Shown here: one piece after another, positions 42,391 to 53,030 of the stretch
How positions within the stretch are numbered: position 1 is the first letter of the stretch
Layout of the letters: each line of letters begins with the position of its first letter
Assembly (NCBI GenBank): GCA_036502245.1
Contig: DASXYX010000028.1
Span: forward strand, 96,637 to 160,636
Direction: 5' to 3'
DNA length: 64,000 nt
Source: Verrucomicrobiia bacterium
GTDB lineage: Bacteria; Verrucomicrobiota; Verrucomicrobiia; Limisphaerales; UBA11358
The notes under the pieces: model-generated
The model's database searches: none
The model's input: only the letters and a program-made list of their open reading frames with translations
Told to the model about the DNA's origin: nothing
Position numbers and translations under genes: made by a program

Positions 42391-43128
42391 CTAGGCTCCC
42401 GGAATAAGTTCTACCTGTTTCGTGGACAGCCAACCAATCTTTCCTGACCCGTCGGTCACCTGCACCCAGCCCCCGTGCTGGTCCAAAACTGAAAGCTCGG
42501 TGCCGTCGCGGGCGGCGAACGCGTTTTGCGCGTCGTCAAAAGGCCCGGTTCGCGTGACCACATCGCCCACGATCACCGCGCTATGTTGCGTGAAATGTTC
42601 CACCGCCTGCGCGCCGGCGACCGCCGCAAAAAAGACCGTGAGAAAAATCAACCAGCCTGTGACCCAGCGCAGCCGGGGCGCCAGCGCAGGACGCAGTTGG
42701 CGCGCCGCGAGTAACAGGAAAGTCAGCCAAAATGCCACTGCCGCCAGCAATGTCCATTCGTTCAACGTCAGTTGACCCAGCCAGCCCTGCAATCGCCCTT
42801 CATGCAAACTGGAGCCTTGCACCTGGCCACGAACAAAATCCAGGTTGGCGGGGATTTCCGGATCGCGCGGCGACAATAACTCCGCCTGGCGGAACGCGGC
42901 AACCGCTTTGCCCACGTTGCCTGTCTTGAATTCCGCGTTCCCATAATTGAATAACAAATTCGGCGAAACCTGGCCGGATTGCAGGATCGTCTCGTAAGCG
43001 CTCGCGGCGTCGGCAAATTTTCCTTTCGCATATAACTCGTTGGCAGAAGAAAAATCCGAGACTGGATCTGCCGCCAGAACTTCTCCGGCGCACAGGAGCG
43101 CAATCAATATGGAAAGCCAATATTTCAT
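42391..43128 (-). CDS. BatE-like protein (signal peptide, TPR, TM segments, C-terminal SH3b)
   Basis: Start ATG 43128 (MKYWLSILIALLCAGEVLA), which forms an ATGA overlap with the batD stop. TPR units. C-terminal ..GGWVQVTDGSGKIGWLSTKQVELI is SH3-like. Confidence 0.75.
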   Translation of the reverse strand: MKYWLSILIALLCAGEVLAADPVSDFSSANELYAKGKFADAASAYETILQSGQVSPNLLFNYGNAEFKTGNVGKAVAAFRQAELLSPRDPEIPANLDFVRGQVQGSSLHEGRLQGWLGQLTLNEWTLLAAVAFWLTFLLLAARQLRPALAPRLRWVTGWLIFLTVFFAAVAGAQAVEHFTQHSAVIVGDVVTRTGPFDDAQNAFAARDGTELSVLDQHGGWVQVTDGSGKIGWLSTKQVELIPGA

Positions 43129-44906
43129 ACCTTCAAGTTCTGTAATTCGCCCACTACTTTTTCGAATTTTGTCGCGATCGTGTTCAGTTCTTCGCTGCCA
43201 CGGACGGGCGCGTATCGCGCCTGATTGCATAATTGGAAGAGTTCACGCAAGCCGGTGAGCAGTCCCTCCGGCGCACCCCGGCGCGCCAGACTATCGTCCA
43301 CCACCGCCTCAGTGATGGAACTGGCCGGACAATCCAGCCGCTCACCCAGTTGCTCTTGTAGCAACCGGAAAAGCGTTGTGAAAAATGCCTCCGGATTGTT
43401 TTCCGCGGCGAATTTTTTCAAATCTCCCATCCCCATCTCGATCAGTCCCGCCACCAGGCGCTGCCTCCGCAACCGCGGATTGTTTGCCAAATTGTCCGTA
43501 CGCTTTCTCCATACCAGAGCCGCGATAAAAGCGATGACTGGAAGCGCCTGGGCTGCCAAAAAGACCGGACTGGCGACCAATGTTCCTGTGGCCGACGTAA
43601 GCATTCCCAGATTCTGTTTGATGGGCAAAATGTCCTGCGGCGCCTGGCCCTCCTGAGTTGAATTTTTCGCGACGGCGACCGTGGGCAGAGGCGTCGCGCT
43701 CCCCGCCTGCACTACCAACCGCTCGGATGGCTGGATCAGGGTATGATATTGGCCATCATCGGGGTTAAAATAAGAGAAAGAAAATCCGGGCAGTTCATGG
43801 ACATTCGCGCTTTCTGGCGTCACGATCTCTTCAAAAGTTTTGGCGCCCTCTTGTCCCAGTGAATCCGTAGTCTCAATTTTGGAGGTCGGTGTAAAAATTT
43901 TGAAGCCGTTCCAGCCGGATTGGTCGGGCATCTTCACATTATCCAGCGAGCCGCGCCCGCTGATCTGCACGTGGACGGTGATGGGATCGCCCGCAGTCAC
44001 ATTCGTCGGCCCCGCAGTGACATTCATGGAAAAATCGCCAATGGCCCCGTTAAAATTCGCCGGCACATTCTGATCCGGCAACGGCAACGATTGGGCTTTG
44101 ACCGGATCGGTCGCCACCGTCACCTGTTTTTCCTGGCCCTGATTGAAAAATTGCGAGACGAAGTCTCCTCCCTGGTTTTGCGACGGCAAAACGACGATCA
44201 TACTGGCAGTGAACGGCCCGAGAGTTAAATCTCCCGCGCGTGTCACCGTTAGCGCCAGCGAGAGCGGGATGACCGTATAGCCCCGATTCCCGATTTGTGT
44301 GTGAAAACGTGTTCCCTGCGCGTCTTTGCCGAGTATGAACCCATCGGCGGGCGTGGATGTCATTTGGAATCTTCCAAAATTCTGGACGTCATCGCGCAAA
44401 TAAATCTGCACTTCCGCGGCCAGCGTTTCGCCATTGTAAAGCCGCTGTTGTGGCAGGCTTAATTTCATGAAGGCCACTTCGCTGCCGGAATTGACCACGG
44501 CGGCGGAAGGCGCATTGGCCTGGCTCACCGTCAATTCCAGCGCCCGACTGGTGATCTGCTGGCCGTTGATATCCGCCTGCATCGCCGGGATGGTAAATTT
44601 TCCAGCGCGTTGGGGTGTGATCGAATAAGTCACCGTAACGGATGAACTCATCGCCCCATTGACATAACTCATGGTCTCAGAATTGCCGGTATAAGAAATC
44701 TGCAACCCGGAAACGTTCGGCGTAGGAGGACGACCCGGCTGCGCTCCCTGGAAGGAAAGCGACAGCGTCGCCGTTTCACCCAATGAAATCGTGTCACGGT
44801 CGAGCGACGCCGTAAAACTGGCGGCGCGCGCAACCGATACTATCGCTGTCAGGAAAAAAAAGAGAACAGCTACTACGGTTGATAACTTGTATCTGGTCAA
44901 ACGCAA
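43125..44906 (-). CDS. batD: BatD-like oxygen-tolerance protein
   Basis: 593 aa, TTG start. Signal peptide; ..FTASLDRDTISLGETATLSLSF.. N-terminal BatD pattern; late TM and C-terminal helical region. Confidence 0.85.
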   Translation of the reverse strand: MRLTRYKLSTVVAVLFFFLTAIVSVARAASFTASLDRDTISLGETATLSLSFQGAQPGRPPTPNVSGLQISYTGNSETMSYVNGAMSSSVTVTYSITPQRAGKFTIPAMQADINGQQITSRALELTVSQANAPSAAVVNSGSEVAFMKLSLPQQRLYNGETLAAEVQIYLRDDVQNFGRFQMTSTPADGFILGKDAQGTRFHTQIGNRGYTVIPLSLALTVTRAGDLTLGPFTASMIVVLPSQNQGGDFVSQFFNQGQEKQVTVATDPVKAQSLPLPDQNVPANFNGAIGDFSMNVTAGPTNVTAGDPITVHVQISGRGSLDNVKMPDQSGWNGFKIFTPTSKIETTDSLGQEGAKTFEEIVTPESANVHELPGFSFSYFNPDDGQYHTLIQPSERLVVQAGSATPLPTVAVAKNSTQEGQAPQDILPIKQNLGMLTSATGTLVASPVFLAAQALPVIAFIAALVWRKRTDNLANNPRLRRQRLVAGLIEMGMGDLKKFAAENNPEAFFTTLFRLLQEQLGERLDCPASSITEAVVDDSLARRGAPEGLLTGLRELFQLCNQARYAPVRGSEELNTIATKFEKVVGELQNLKV

Positions 44907-45046
44907 CTTTCTTAAAATTATGTCTGTTGATAATGACAGATAAAAGACAACGCTGCATGAAAAATGTTCATCTTTTATGGGCTAAACGTTTTTTCCGCTC
45001 TCCCGGTTACCGGCTGTAGATTTACTGCCCGGAAACACTTCCGGGC

Positions 45047-45074
45047 ATAAAAATTCCGCTTGCGCGAACACAAG
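45047..45074 (-). terminator. Terminator-like hairpin downstream of the OMP gene
   Basis: Minus strand GCTTGTGTTCGCGCAAGC followed by GGAATTTTTA. A second hairpin GCCCGGAA-GTGT-TTCCGGGC follows at 45027-45046. Confidence 0.45.
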
Positions 45075-45106
45075 CAGAATTCACCCGAACAAAGCTTCCT
45101 GCTATT

Positions 45107-45730
45107 TTAAAATACCAGCCTGACGCCCGCGCGGCCTAACCCAAAGTTCTCCTCATCGCGTGTCGGCATCACGTAACGGGCATCCACAAAGAGTCCCCAG
45201 TGATGGGTCACCCGGATGTCCAATCCGGCGCCAAACTGCCCGAACGCCGAATCACCCGGATAGAATTGATAGCCTCCACCACCATAAATGTAAGGAGCCA
45301 GATGCACCGACTCGATCGGGAGGCGCAGATAGAGATTGCCGGAGGCATTATTGATAAAATCTTTCTCTGTATTTTCCGAATAAACATCCCCGCCGATACC
45401 CACGTAACGGCAGAAATATGTCGTAATGCCAGCGCCGGCTCCGAAGCGGCCATTGCGAGTGACCTTGTCGCCGGAAATATTTTTAAGGATTTCCTCATTC
45501 ACCGAAATACTGCCGAACGCGTCCACTTGCAACTCGTTAGGCTTGAAAATCAGGTCGTCTGGCGGAGGAGTCGCAGGGGTATAATCCGGCGGAGGAGGAG
45601 TTGTGTTATCCGGTGCCACAGTCACAGATCCGTCTGGATAAGTGCTCGGAGCCGCACTGTTTTGTGCCAATGCCGTCAGGCCCGAAAATGCCACGGCAAC
45701 CATTCCAATAACCAATTGCTTCTTTTTCAT
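45107..45730 (-). CDS. Outer-membrane beta-barrel protein with Pro-rich linker
   Basis: Start ATG 45730 (MKKKQLVIGMVAVAFSGLTALAQ). PPPPDYTPATPPPD linker. Beta-strand alternation. C-terminal ..GVRLVF. Confidence 0.7.
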   Translation of the reverse strand: MKKKQLVIGMVAVAFSGLTALAQNSAAPSTYPDGSVTVAPDNTTPPPPDYTPATPPPDDLIFKPNELQVDAFGSISVNEEILKNISGDKVTRNGRFGAGAGITTYFCRYVGIGGDVYSENTEKDFINNASGNLYLRLPIESVHLAPYIYGGGGYQFYPGDSAFGQFGAGLDIRVTHHWGLFVDARYVMPTRDEENFGLGRAGVRLVF

Positions 45731-45886
45731 ACGAGCAATACCTAGCGAAGTGTATGCCACATGAAATTATGCCCATCCCGGGGGAAAATTCGCTGCAATC
45801 TGCAAAAGAACACCCGCGTCTAATGCAATTTGCCAATATTTTAAGGAAAACTATGAAATCTATCGGAACAAATCGCGCAGTCCGCG

Positions 45887-47023
45887 TCACCCTTCAATCA
45901 ATACACGCGAAGGCGCTTCGATGATCTCTTTGAGCCGGCGCAGAAACATGACTGCTTCGCGGCCGTCCACCAGGCGATGATCGTATGTCAACGCGGTGTA
46001 CATCATGGGCCGGATGACGACCTGACCATTCACGGCCATGGGCCGTTCCTGGATGGAATGCATACCCAGAATCCCCGTTTGCGGCGGATTGATGATGGGT
46101 GTGGAAAGCAACGAGCCGAACACACCGCCATTGGTGATCGTGAAGGTGCCGCCTTCCAATTCCTGCGGCTTCAATTTTCCTTCGCGCGAGCGTTTGGCGT
46201 AGTCGCCGATCGCTTTTTCAACCCCGTCAAAGCTCATCTTGTCCGCTTCGCGCAGCACAGGCACAACCAACCCGCGGTCGCTGGCGATCGCCACGCCGAT
46301 GTCGTACCGCTCGTGATAAACGATGTCGTTGCCACGGATCTCCGCGTTGAGTTGGGTGAACTCTTTGAGCGCAACGGCGACGGCGTTCACAAAGAATGAC
46401 ATGAAGCCCAGTTTGATGCCGTGGCGTTTCTCAAATTTCTCCTGCACTTCCTTCCGCAAAATCTGCACCGCGCCCATGTCCACCTCGTTGAACGTCGTGA
46501 GCATCGCCATGTGCTGCTTGGCCTCGACCAGTCGCCGCGCCGCCGTCCGGCGCAACATCGTCATCGGGACAACCCGCTCGCCTTCTTTGGGCGTGGCCGC
46601 AGGCACCGGCTTTTCGGCCTGGAGCGCGCGCGCCGGTTTTGCTGCCGGTTTCGCGGGAGATTCCGCCGCCGGTTCCTTTTTCTTCTCAACTTTTGCGGCG
46701 GCCTTTTCTTTCGGCGGTTCGGGAGCCTCGGCTTTTTTCTTTTCAGCGGGAGCTTTGGCTTCCTTGCTTTCCGTGGCAGCCGGTTCGCCGTTCAATTCGA
46801 TGCGCCCGACCACTGTGCCGATAGGGATCGTTTCGCCGGCCTGGCGCAAGATCCGCAAACGGCCGTTTTCCGGCGCGGGCAATTCCAGCGTCGTTTTCTC
46901 GGAATCGATCACGGCGACATTTTCGTCTTTTTTGACTTCGTCGCCTTCTTTTTTCAGCCATTCGGCGATCTGCACTTCTGTGATGGATTCGCCGACACTG
47001 GGAATTATCAGATCAACTGGCAT
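45887..47023 (-). CDS. sucB: 2-oxoglutarate dehydrogenase E2 (dihydrolipoyllysine succinyltransferase)
   Basis: N-terminal lipoyl domain, Ala/Pro/Lys linker, catalytic domain with DHRLVDG. Confidence 0.93.
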   Translation of the reverse strand: MPVDLIIPSVGESITEVQIAEWLKKEGDEVKKDENVAVIDSEKTTLELPAPENGRLRILRQAGETIPIGTVVGRIELNGEPAATESKEAKAPAEKKKAEAPEPPKEKAAAKVEKKKEPAAESPAKPAAKPARALQAEKPVPAATPKEGERVVPMTMLRRTAARRLVEAKQHMAMLTTFNEVDMGAVQILRKEVQEKFEKRHGIKLGFMSFFVNAVAVALKEFTQLNAEIRGNDIVYHERYDIGVAIASDRGLVVPVLREADKMSFDGVEKAIGDYAKRSREGKLKPQELEGGTFTITNGGVFGSLLSTPIINPPQTGILGMHSIQERPMAVNGQVVIRPMMYTALTYDHRLVDGREAVMFLRRLKEIIEAPSRVLIEG

Positions 47024-47028
47024 AAATT

Positions 47029-47538
47029 TTATGTGCTCGGTTTTACCTGGATGGTTGACGTCACGTCACGCACCCCGTCCGCGTCCAGCGCCAGCGTGAC
47101 TGCCCTGCCGATATCTTCCGGCGCCGACACCGTCCCCGACAGCGTAACATGGCCCTGGCTGCAGGAAACGGAAATTTTCCAGACGGAGAGATTGGGATCC
47201 ACGGCATATTTTGCCTTGATCTCCATCACCGCATGCGCGTCTGAGGCGGCATTGACCTCTTCCGCTCCGATGTCATGGGCTTTGTGCCGGATGACCTCTC
47301 CCGTATGCTCAAGCTCATCGCGAATCTCATCCGTATGCAGGTCGAGCGTATCGAGTTTCGATTTTAAAGCGTCAGTGGCGCTTTCCGCCGTGGCCACAGC
47401 ATTACTGCCGGTCTGGTCGGCGGATTGTTTAAAGTGTTGTTCCGCCTCGGGATGCTCCTGCGCTTTCCGCTCGAAATACCAATAGCCCAATGCGCCGATG
47501 ATGATGCCCAAAATCAATCCGTTGAAAAACTTTCTCAT
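47029..47538 (-). CDS. YtxH-like/BON-domain protein
   Basis: N-terminal TM ([15 protein letters not shown]), helical middle, C-terminal BON-like segment (..[44 protein letters not shown]). Confidence 0.75.
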   Translation of the reverse strand: MRKFFNGLILGIIIGALGYWYFERKAQEHPEAEQHFKQSADQTGSNAVATAESATDALKSKLDTLDLHTDEIRDELEHTGEVIRHKAHDIGAEEVNAASDAHAVMEIKAKYAVDPNLSVWKISVSCSQGHVTLSGTVSAPEDIGRAVTLALDADGVRDVTSTIQVKPST

Positions 47539-47553
47539 AGCCTCTGCTTCCTC

Positions 47554-50361
47554 CTATTTCGCCGCCGCTTTCTGCGCCTTAGCCGGCGCGGTTTCGCTGT
47601 CACCGAACGCCCGGCGGATCAATCGCTGTTGTTCAAGTTTATGCGCGCTGTGCGACCCCGTCGCCGGGCTGGCCGACTCCGCGCGGGCTACGACCGCAAA
47701 CGGCCAGCGCCCGAACAGATGCTTCCCGAATTTCTCGTGCAAAAATCTCCAGGCCCCCATGTTCTGCGGCTCCTCCTGCACCCATAACACCGGGATCTTT
47801 TCCGCGTACGGCTCGAGGGTTTCTTCCAAAGCCTCATCATGCAACGGATACAGTTGCTCCAGCCGGACGATCGCTACGTCGTTCCGCTTCTGCTCTTCGC
47901 GATACGCCAGCAGTTCGTAGTAAATTTTCCCGCTGCAAACCAGCACGCGTTTAGTGTCTTTGGCCGGCAAAGGATCCGCAATGATGCGTTGGAAATGGCC
48001 GCCGGTGAATCGCTCGCGCGGCGAAATCACCCGGGGATGACGCAACAAACTCTTGGGCGTGAGCACCACCAATGGCTTGCGCCATTTGCGCATGATCTGC
48101 CGCCGGAACAGATGGAATAATTGCGCGGGTGTGCTCGGCTGCGTTATCTGGATGTTGTTTTCCGCCGCCAGCGTTAAAAACCGCTCGAGTCGCGCGCTGG
48201 AATGCTCCGGCCCCATCCCCTCGAAACCGTGCGGCAGCAACAGAACCAACCCCGACAGGCGGTTCCATTTGTCTTCCGCGCTCGTGATGAACTGGTCCAG
48301 GATGACCTGCGCCACGTTCACAAAATCACCGAACTGCGCTTCCCATAAAATCAATCCATCCGGATAGTCCAGGCTGTATCCGTATTCAAAACCCAGCGCG
48401 CCCGCCTCGCACAAGGAACTGTTCACTATCTCCACCGGCGCCTGTTTCGCGTCCAGGTGCTGCATGGGACAGTACGGCGAGCCGTTTTCATAATCATAAA
48501 AATACGCGTGGCGATGGCTGAAAGTCCCGCGCACGGAGTCCTGCCCCGCCAGCCGGATGCGGATGCCCTGGGTCGCGAGCGATCCCAATGCCAGTGCTTC
48601 CGCCGCCGCCCAGTCGAGCGGCTGTCTGCCCTCCGCCATCTCGCGGCGCGCCTGCACGTTCTTCTGCAATTTCGGGTGCAGATGAAAACCATCCGGCACC
48701 GTTGCCAGTTTGCCGAGCATGTCCGAAATCTTTTCGGGCGCCAACCCCGTATCCGTTTCCTGCTTCGGTTCGGGCCCGCCGGTGTAACCCTGCCAGACGC
48801 CGCGTTCCTTGGGCATGAACGCGCACTGCCCTTTGCGCGCGTCTTCCAGTTGTTTTTCCAATTTATCGTGGCGTCCGCGCGAAATCTTTTCCGCCTCCTC
48901 CGCCGTCAATCCGTTCAATTTGAGCAGATGTTCACGGTAATGCGTCTGCACACCCTTGCGCTTCTCAATCTGCCGGTACAAAACCGGTTGCGTGAACGAC
49001 GGTTCGTCGGTCTCGTTGTGGCCGCGCCGGCGATAACCGTACATGTCGATGAACACGTCGTTCTTGAACTGCCGTTGAAAATCCAATGAAAGGCTCACCA
49101 CCTGCGCCACGGCCTCGGGGTCTTCTCCATTTACGTGGAAAATCGGCGCGCGCAACATGCGCGCCACGCTCGTGGAATAGACCGACGACCGGTACTCGTT
49201 CGGCATCGTCGTGAACCCGATCTGGTTGTTGATGATGATATGCAGCGTGCCGCCCACTGAATACCCCGCCAATTTGCTCAGGTTCAACGTCTCCTGCACC
49301 ACCCCTTCGCCCGCGAACGACGCATCACCGTGGATCAACAGGCTCAAAATATATTTGCGCTCCGGATCGCCGAAACGGTCCTGTCGCGCACGGGTGCGCC
49401 CCATGGCAACGGGGTTGATGAATTCCAGGTGGCTCGGATTGAAGCAAAGCGAGAGATGTATCTTCTTGCCGTCGGCGGTCGTCCAGCGTCCACTGTGCCC
49501 CAAATGATATTTGACGTCGCCGCGGCCCTGTTTTGTTTCCGCGTCCAGGTCCGCAAATTCGCGGAATATCTCGCACGGGTTTTTGCCCGCGATATTCGCC
49601 AGCACGTTCAACCGTCCACGGTGCGCCATGCCCAGCACAATATCCAGGATGCCCTGGCTGGCCGCCTTTTCGATGGCCAGATCCAACAACGGGATGAGGG
49701 TTTCACAGCCCTCCAGTGAAAACGTCTTGGCGCCGAGAAATTTTTTCTGGAGAAATTCTTCGAATACCACCGCATCGGTCAGCCGCGTAAAAATACGCAC
49801 CTGGTCCTGGCGAGAAAGCTCTATATGGTTCTCGGTGCTTTCCATCCGGCGCTGGAGCCAATGGCGCGTCTCCATGTCGTCGATGTGCATGAACTGCGCG
49901 CCGATCGAGCCGCAATACGTCCTGCGCAGCCGTTCGTAAATTTCCCGGATGGTCAGGGGCGTTGCAAAATGGAGCGTGGGCACCTGCACCAATTGGTTCA
50001 ATTCGCGCTCCGAAAAATTGTAGAAATCCAATTCCAATTCCGGCGGCATTGGACGGGGCGCGCCAAGCGGATCAATGGCGGCGATACGATGGCCCCGCAC
50101 GCGATAATTGCGGATCAACAGGTGAAGCTTTTGGTCGAGATTGCTGTTGCGCGCCGTGCGCCCGGGCAGCAGCAGTGCCTGCTCCGGCGTCCGTTCGCCG
50201 TTCTCAAAGGGTGCGCCACCGGAGTCATGTCCGGCGCCATTCCCATTGCCATCGGCAGGGTCTGCTTTATCAAAATACTCACGCCATTCATCGGGGACCG
50301 ACTTCGGGTCAGCCTGAAAGCGCGAATACAGCGTCTCCAAATAACCAAGATTTTCCAGCAT
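47554..50361 (-). CDS. sucA: 2-oxoglutarate dehydrogenase E1 component
   Basis: 935 aa. ..YRVRGH..A..DPL.., ThDP-binding ..IHGDASFAGEGVV.. and transketolase-like C-terminal half. Confidence 0.95.
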   Translation of the reverse strand: MLENLGYLETLYSRFQADPKSVPDEWREYFDKADPADGNGNGAGHDSGGAPFENGERTPEQALLLPGRTARNSNLDQKLHLLIRNYRVRGHRIAAIDPLGAPRPMPPELELDFYNFSERELNQLVQVPTLHFATPLTIREIYERLRRTYCGSIGAQFMHIDDMETRHWLQRRMESTENHIELSRQDQVRIFTRLTDAVVFEEFLQKKFLGAKTFSLEGCETLIPLLDLAIEKAASQGILDIVLGMAHRGRLNVLANIAGKNPCEIFREFADLDAETKQGRGDVKYHLGHSGRWTTADGKKIHLSLCFNPSHLEFINPVAMGRTRARQDRFGDPERKYILSLLIHGDASFAGEGVVQETLNLSKLAGYSVGGTLHIIINNQIGFTTMPNEYRSSVYSTSVARMLRAPIFHVNGEDPEAVAQVVSLSLDFQRQFKNDVFIDMYGYRRRGHNETDEPSFTQPVLYRQIEKRKGVQTHYREHLLKLNGLTAEEAEKISRGRHDKLEKQLEDARKGQCAFMPKERGVWQGYTGGPEPKQETDTGLAPEKISDMLGKLATVPDGFHLHPKLQKNVQARREMAEGRQPLDWAAAEALALGSLATQGIRIRLAGQDSVRGTFSHRHAYFYDYENGSPYCPMQHLDAKQAPVEIVNSSLCEAGALGFEYGYSLDYPDGLILWEAQFGDFVNVAQVILDQFITSAEDKWNRLSGLVLLLPHGFEGMGPEHSSARLERFLTLAAENNIQITQPSTPAQLFHLFRRQIMRKWRKPLVVLTPKSLLRHPRVISPRERFTGGHFQRIIADPLPAKDTKRVLVCSGKIYYELLAYREEQKRNDVAIVRLEQLYPLHDEALEETLEPYAEKIPVLWVQEEPQNMGAWRFLHEKFGKHLFGRWPFAVVARAESASPATGSHSAHKLEQQRLIRRAFGDSETAPAKAQKAAAK

Positions 50362-50574
50362 GATACCGACCTTTCGACTGGACGCGCGTGGCAGTGTTTG
50401 AAAAATTAACTAATTTTAACGTGTTTTTAATGCAAATCGCATGACACGCGCCTACGCAGTCCGCAGAACACTGTCCCATGCTATAGCCCCTTGTTCAATG
50501 AAATTCTCGTCACCAGTTTGTGTGATTGCGCAGTAATATAGTACATGTGTCCCGCCCCTTCATCCCGGGTTTGT

Positions 50575-51006
50575 TCAAAGCGGGAAGAAAGGTTTGGCCG
50601 GGCGTTGGGTGGGAATCACCGGCATGCCATCCTTGGGCAGGGTCCACATATGATGGCAATGTTCACAATAGGCCTCGTGGTCGATGATCCGGAAGATGAT
50701 CCCCAAATGCAGATGAAGGGTTGGCAGAAGAAATTTACGGGTCATCTGCGGATAATTGATCCGCAACGAGCCGCAGGACGGGCAATGATATGCTTCCTGC
50801 AAAATCGCCGGTTGCTCCTTTTCCAAAATATTGGCCACGATCTTGAATTCGCTCTCACGCACCTGCACCCGGTAGGTGATGCGGGGTGGGCGCAGAAATA
50901 GAAAATATCTCAGCAGCTTGTCGTCATACGCCCGGGCCTCGAACTTTCGCTGCTGCAAAAGTTCCACCAGCGTTTTTCCGTCCTCCAACCTCTCGAAAAC
51001 CGCCAT
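50575..51006 (-). CDS. Hypothetical protein (DUF2007-like N-region with CxxC...CxxC zinc-ribbon)
   Basis: ORF with CPSCGS and CEHC motifs. Alternative start at 51042. No confident family. Confidence 0.5.
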   Translation of the reverse strand: MAVFERLEDGKTLVELLQQRKFEARAYDDKLLRYFLFLRPPRITYRVQVRESEFKIVANILEKEQPAILQEAYHCPSCGSLRINYPQMTRKFLLPTLHLHLGIIFRIIDHEAYCEHCHHMWTLPKDGMPVIPTQRPAKPFFPL

Positions 51007-51145
51007 GTCAGTCCAGGAACGATGTGTTCGACCTCCAGTCATAACTAATCTGTCGTCCCTTTCGTTGCGCCCGTCAATTTTTTTTCCTCAGAAATAATTT
51101 GCGCCATTTGCGAATATTGTCTGCTCGTGCAATAGTTTTATCACA

Positions 51146-52966
51146 ATGAGGTATCAGCCGATTGAAAACTACGGCGTGATCGGAGATTTGACCACGACGG
51201 CAATGGTCGGGATGGACGGCTCGATTGATTTCATGTCTTTTCCAGCCTTTGATTCCCCCACCATTTTCGCGCGGCTGCTGGATTACGACCACGGCGGATT
51301 TTTTCAGATCGCGCCGGTGTCCGGTAAATTCAAGCATCGCCAGCGCTATTCGCCGGACACAAATATCCTGTTGACCCGTTTTCTCGGGGACCAGGGCATC
51401 CTGGCCATCTCCGATTTCATGGCCATGCAACATCTCGGCCATTCGCACAATCTCGTCCGCCGCGTCAAAGCTGTGCGCGGCCAGTTGGACCTCCGCATGA
51501 TATGCGCGCCGAAATTCGATTATGCGCGCTGCGGCCATACCATCGAACGCAAAAAAAACGAGGTGATCTTTATTCCCGAAAAAAAGGCGCTCCCGGCATT
51601 GCGGTTGCGCGGCAGTGTCCCGCTGCGGGTGATTGACGGCGAAGTCGTGGCGGAATTCAAATTGAAGGCCGGACAAACGGCTTTTTTCATCCTCGAAGAA
51701 GCCACCAATGAACCTTCCCCGTCGGCTCATCCGGATTACGTTTCAGACGCATTCAAAGAAACGATGAATTACTGGCTGGGCTGGGTCGCCCAATCGAATT
51801 ACAAAGGGCGCTGGCGTGAAATGGTGAACCGGTCGGCCTTGACCCTGAAGCTCCTCACCTCCCAACGGCACGGCTCAATCGTTGCCGCGCCAACCTTTGG
51901 GCTGCCTGAACTTGTCGGCGGCGGTCGCAATTGGGATTATCGCTACACGTGGATCCGCGACGCGTCATTCACGTTGTACGCCTTGATGCGTCTGGGCTAC
52001 GCCGGTGAAGCAAAAGCCTTCATCGGCTGGATGGAAAAGCGATGCCAGGAATTGAAAGCTGGCCGGCCCTTGCAGGTGATGTATCGGCTTGATGGGGGCC
52101 ACGAGTTGTCCGAAAAGATTCTGAAGCATTTTGAAGGATACAAAAAATCCCAGCCGGTGCGCATCGGCAACGCCGCCTCCGATCAATTGCAATTGGATAT
52201 TTACGGTGAACTGCTCGATTCCATCTCCATTTACGACAAACACAGCGAGCCGATTTCATACGATTTTTGGACCAATATCAGCACGTTGATCGAATGGGTC
52301 TGCAAAAACTGGCGCAAGCCGGACGACGGCATCTGGGAAGTGCGCGGCGGCGCCCGTCCTTTTCTTTACTCACGCGCCATGTGCTGGGTGGCCATCGACC
52401 GTGCCATGGATATTGCGCGCAGGCGTTCCTACCCCGCCCCGCTGGTCCGCTGGCATCGCATCCGCGACGAGATTTACCAAAATATTTACCACACGTTCTG
52501 GAACAAAAAACTGAATTCATTCGTGCAATACAGTGGCGCAGATAACGTGGACGCGTCGTCATTGCTGCTGCCGTTGATGAAATTCATCAGCCCCACCGAT
52601 CCCCGCTGGAAATCGACGCTGAAGACCATTGAAAAACGGCTCGTGGAGGATTCGCTGGTCTATCGCTATCGGCCAAATAAAGCGGCCTCGGACGGCATGA
52701 CCGGCCGGGAAGGCACTTTTTCCGTATGCTCGTTCTGGTACGTCGAATGCCTGGCACGCTCCGGCGACTTAAAACAGGCGCGGTTCATTTTTGAAAAGGC
52801 GTTGGGTTACGCAAACCACTTGGGACTTTATGCCGAGCAACTAGGGCCTTGCGGCGAACATCTGGGAAATTTTCCCCAGGCGCTGACGCATATAGCGCTC
52901 ATCAGCGCGGCCAGCTTCCTGGACCGGCGCCTTTCGCAGGAGACTGCCTCTTCTGGTCTCGATTAG
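51146..52966 (+). CDS. Glycoside hydrolase family 15 (glucoamylase/trehalase-like)
   Basis: YQPIENYGVIGDLTTTAMVGMDGSIDFMSFPAFDSP N-terminus and ..NWDYRYTWIRDASFT.. catalytic-domain motif, typical of bacterial GH15. Confidence 0.9.
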   Translation: MRYQPIENYGVIGDLTTTAMVGMDGSIDFMSFPAFDSPTIFARLLDYDHGGFFQIAPVSGKFKHRQRYSPDTNILLTRFLGDQGILAISDFMAMQHLGHSHNLVRRVKAVRGQLDLRMICAPKFDYARCGHTIERKKNEVIFIPEKKALPALRLRGSVPLRVIDGEVVAEFKLKAGQTAFFILEEATNEPSPSAHPDYVSDAFKETMNYWLGWVAQSNYKGRWREMVNRSALTLKLLTSQRHGSIVAAPTFGLPELVGGGRNWDYRYTWIRDASFTLYALMRLGYAGEAKAFIGWMEKRCQELKAGRPLQVMYRLDGGHELSEKILKHFEGYKKSQPVRIGNAASDQLQLDIYGELLDSISIYDKHSEPISYDFWTNISTLIEWVCKNWRKPDDGIWEVRGGARPFLYSRAMCWVAIDRAMDIARRRSYPAPLVRWHRIRDEIYQNIYHTFWNKKLNSFVQYSGADNVDASSLLLPLMKFISPTDPRWKSTLKTIEKRLVEDSLVYRYRPNKAASDGMTGREGTFSVCSFWYVECLARSGDLKQARFIFEKALGYANHLGLYAEQLGPCGEHLGNFPQALTHIALISAASFLDRRLSQETASSGLD

Positions 52967-52973
52967 TCATTTC

Positions 52974-53030
52974 AGTGGCGCCGTTGGCAATCGCGACGCG
53001 AATGCCAGGGGAAAACGGCGCCACTTTTTG
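52974..53030 (+). terminator. Rho-independent terminator after GH15
   Basis: AGTGGCGCCGTT ... AACGGCGCCACT (12-bp perfect stem with an inner sub-hairpin) followed by TTTTTG. Confidence 0.6.
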
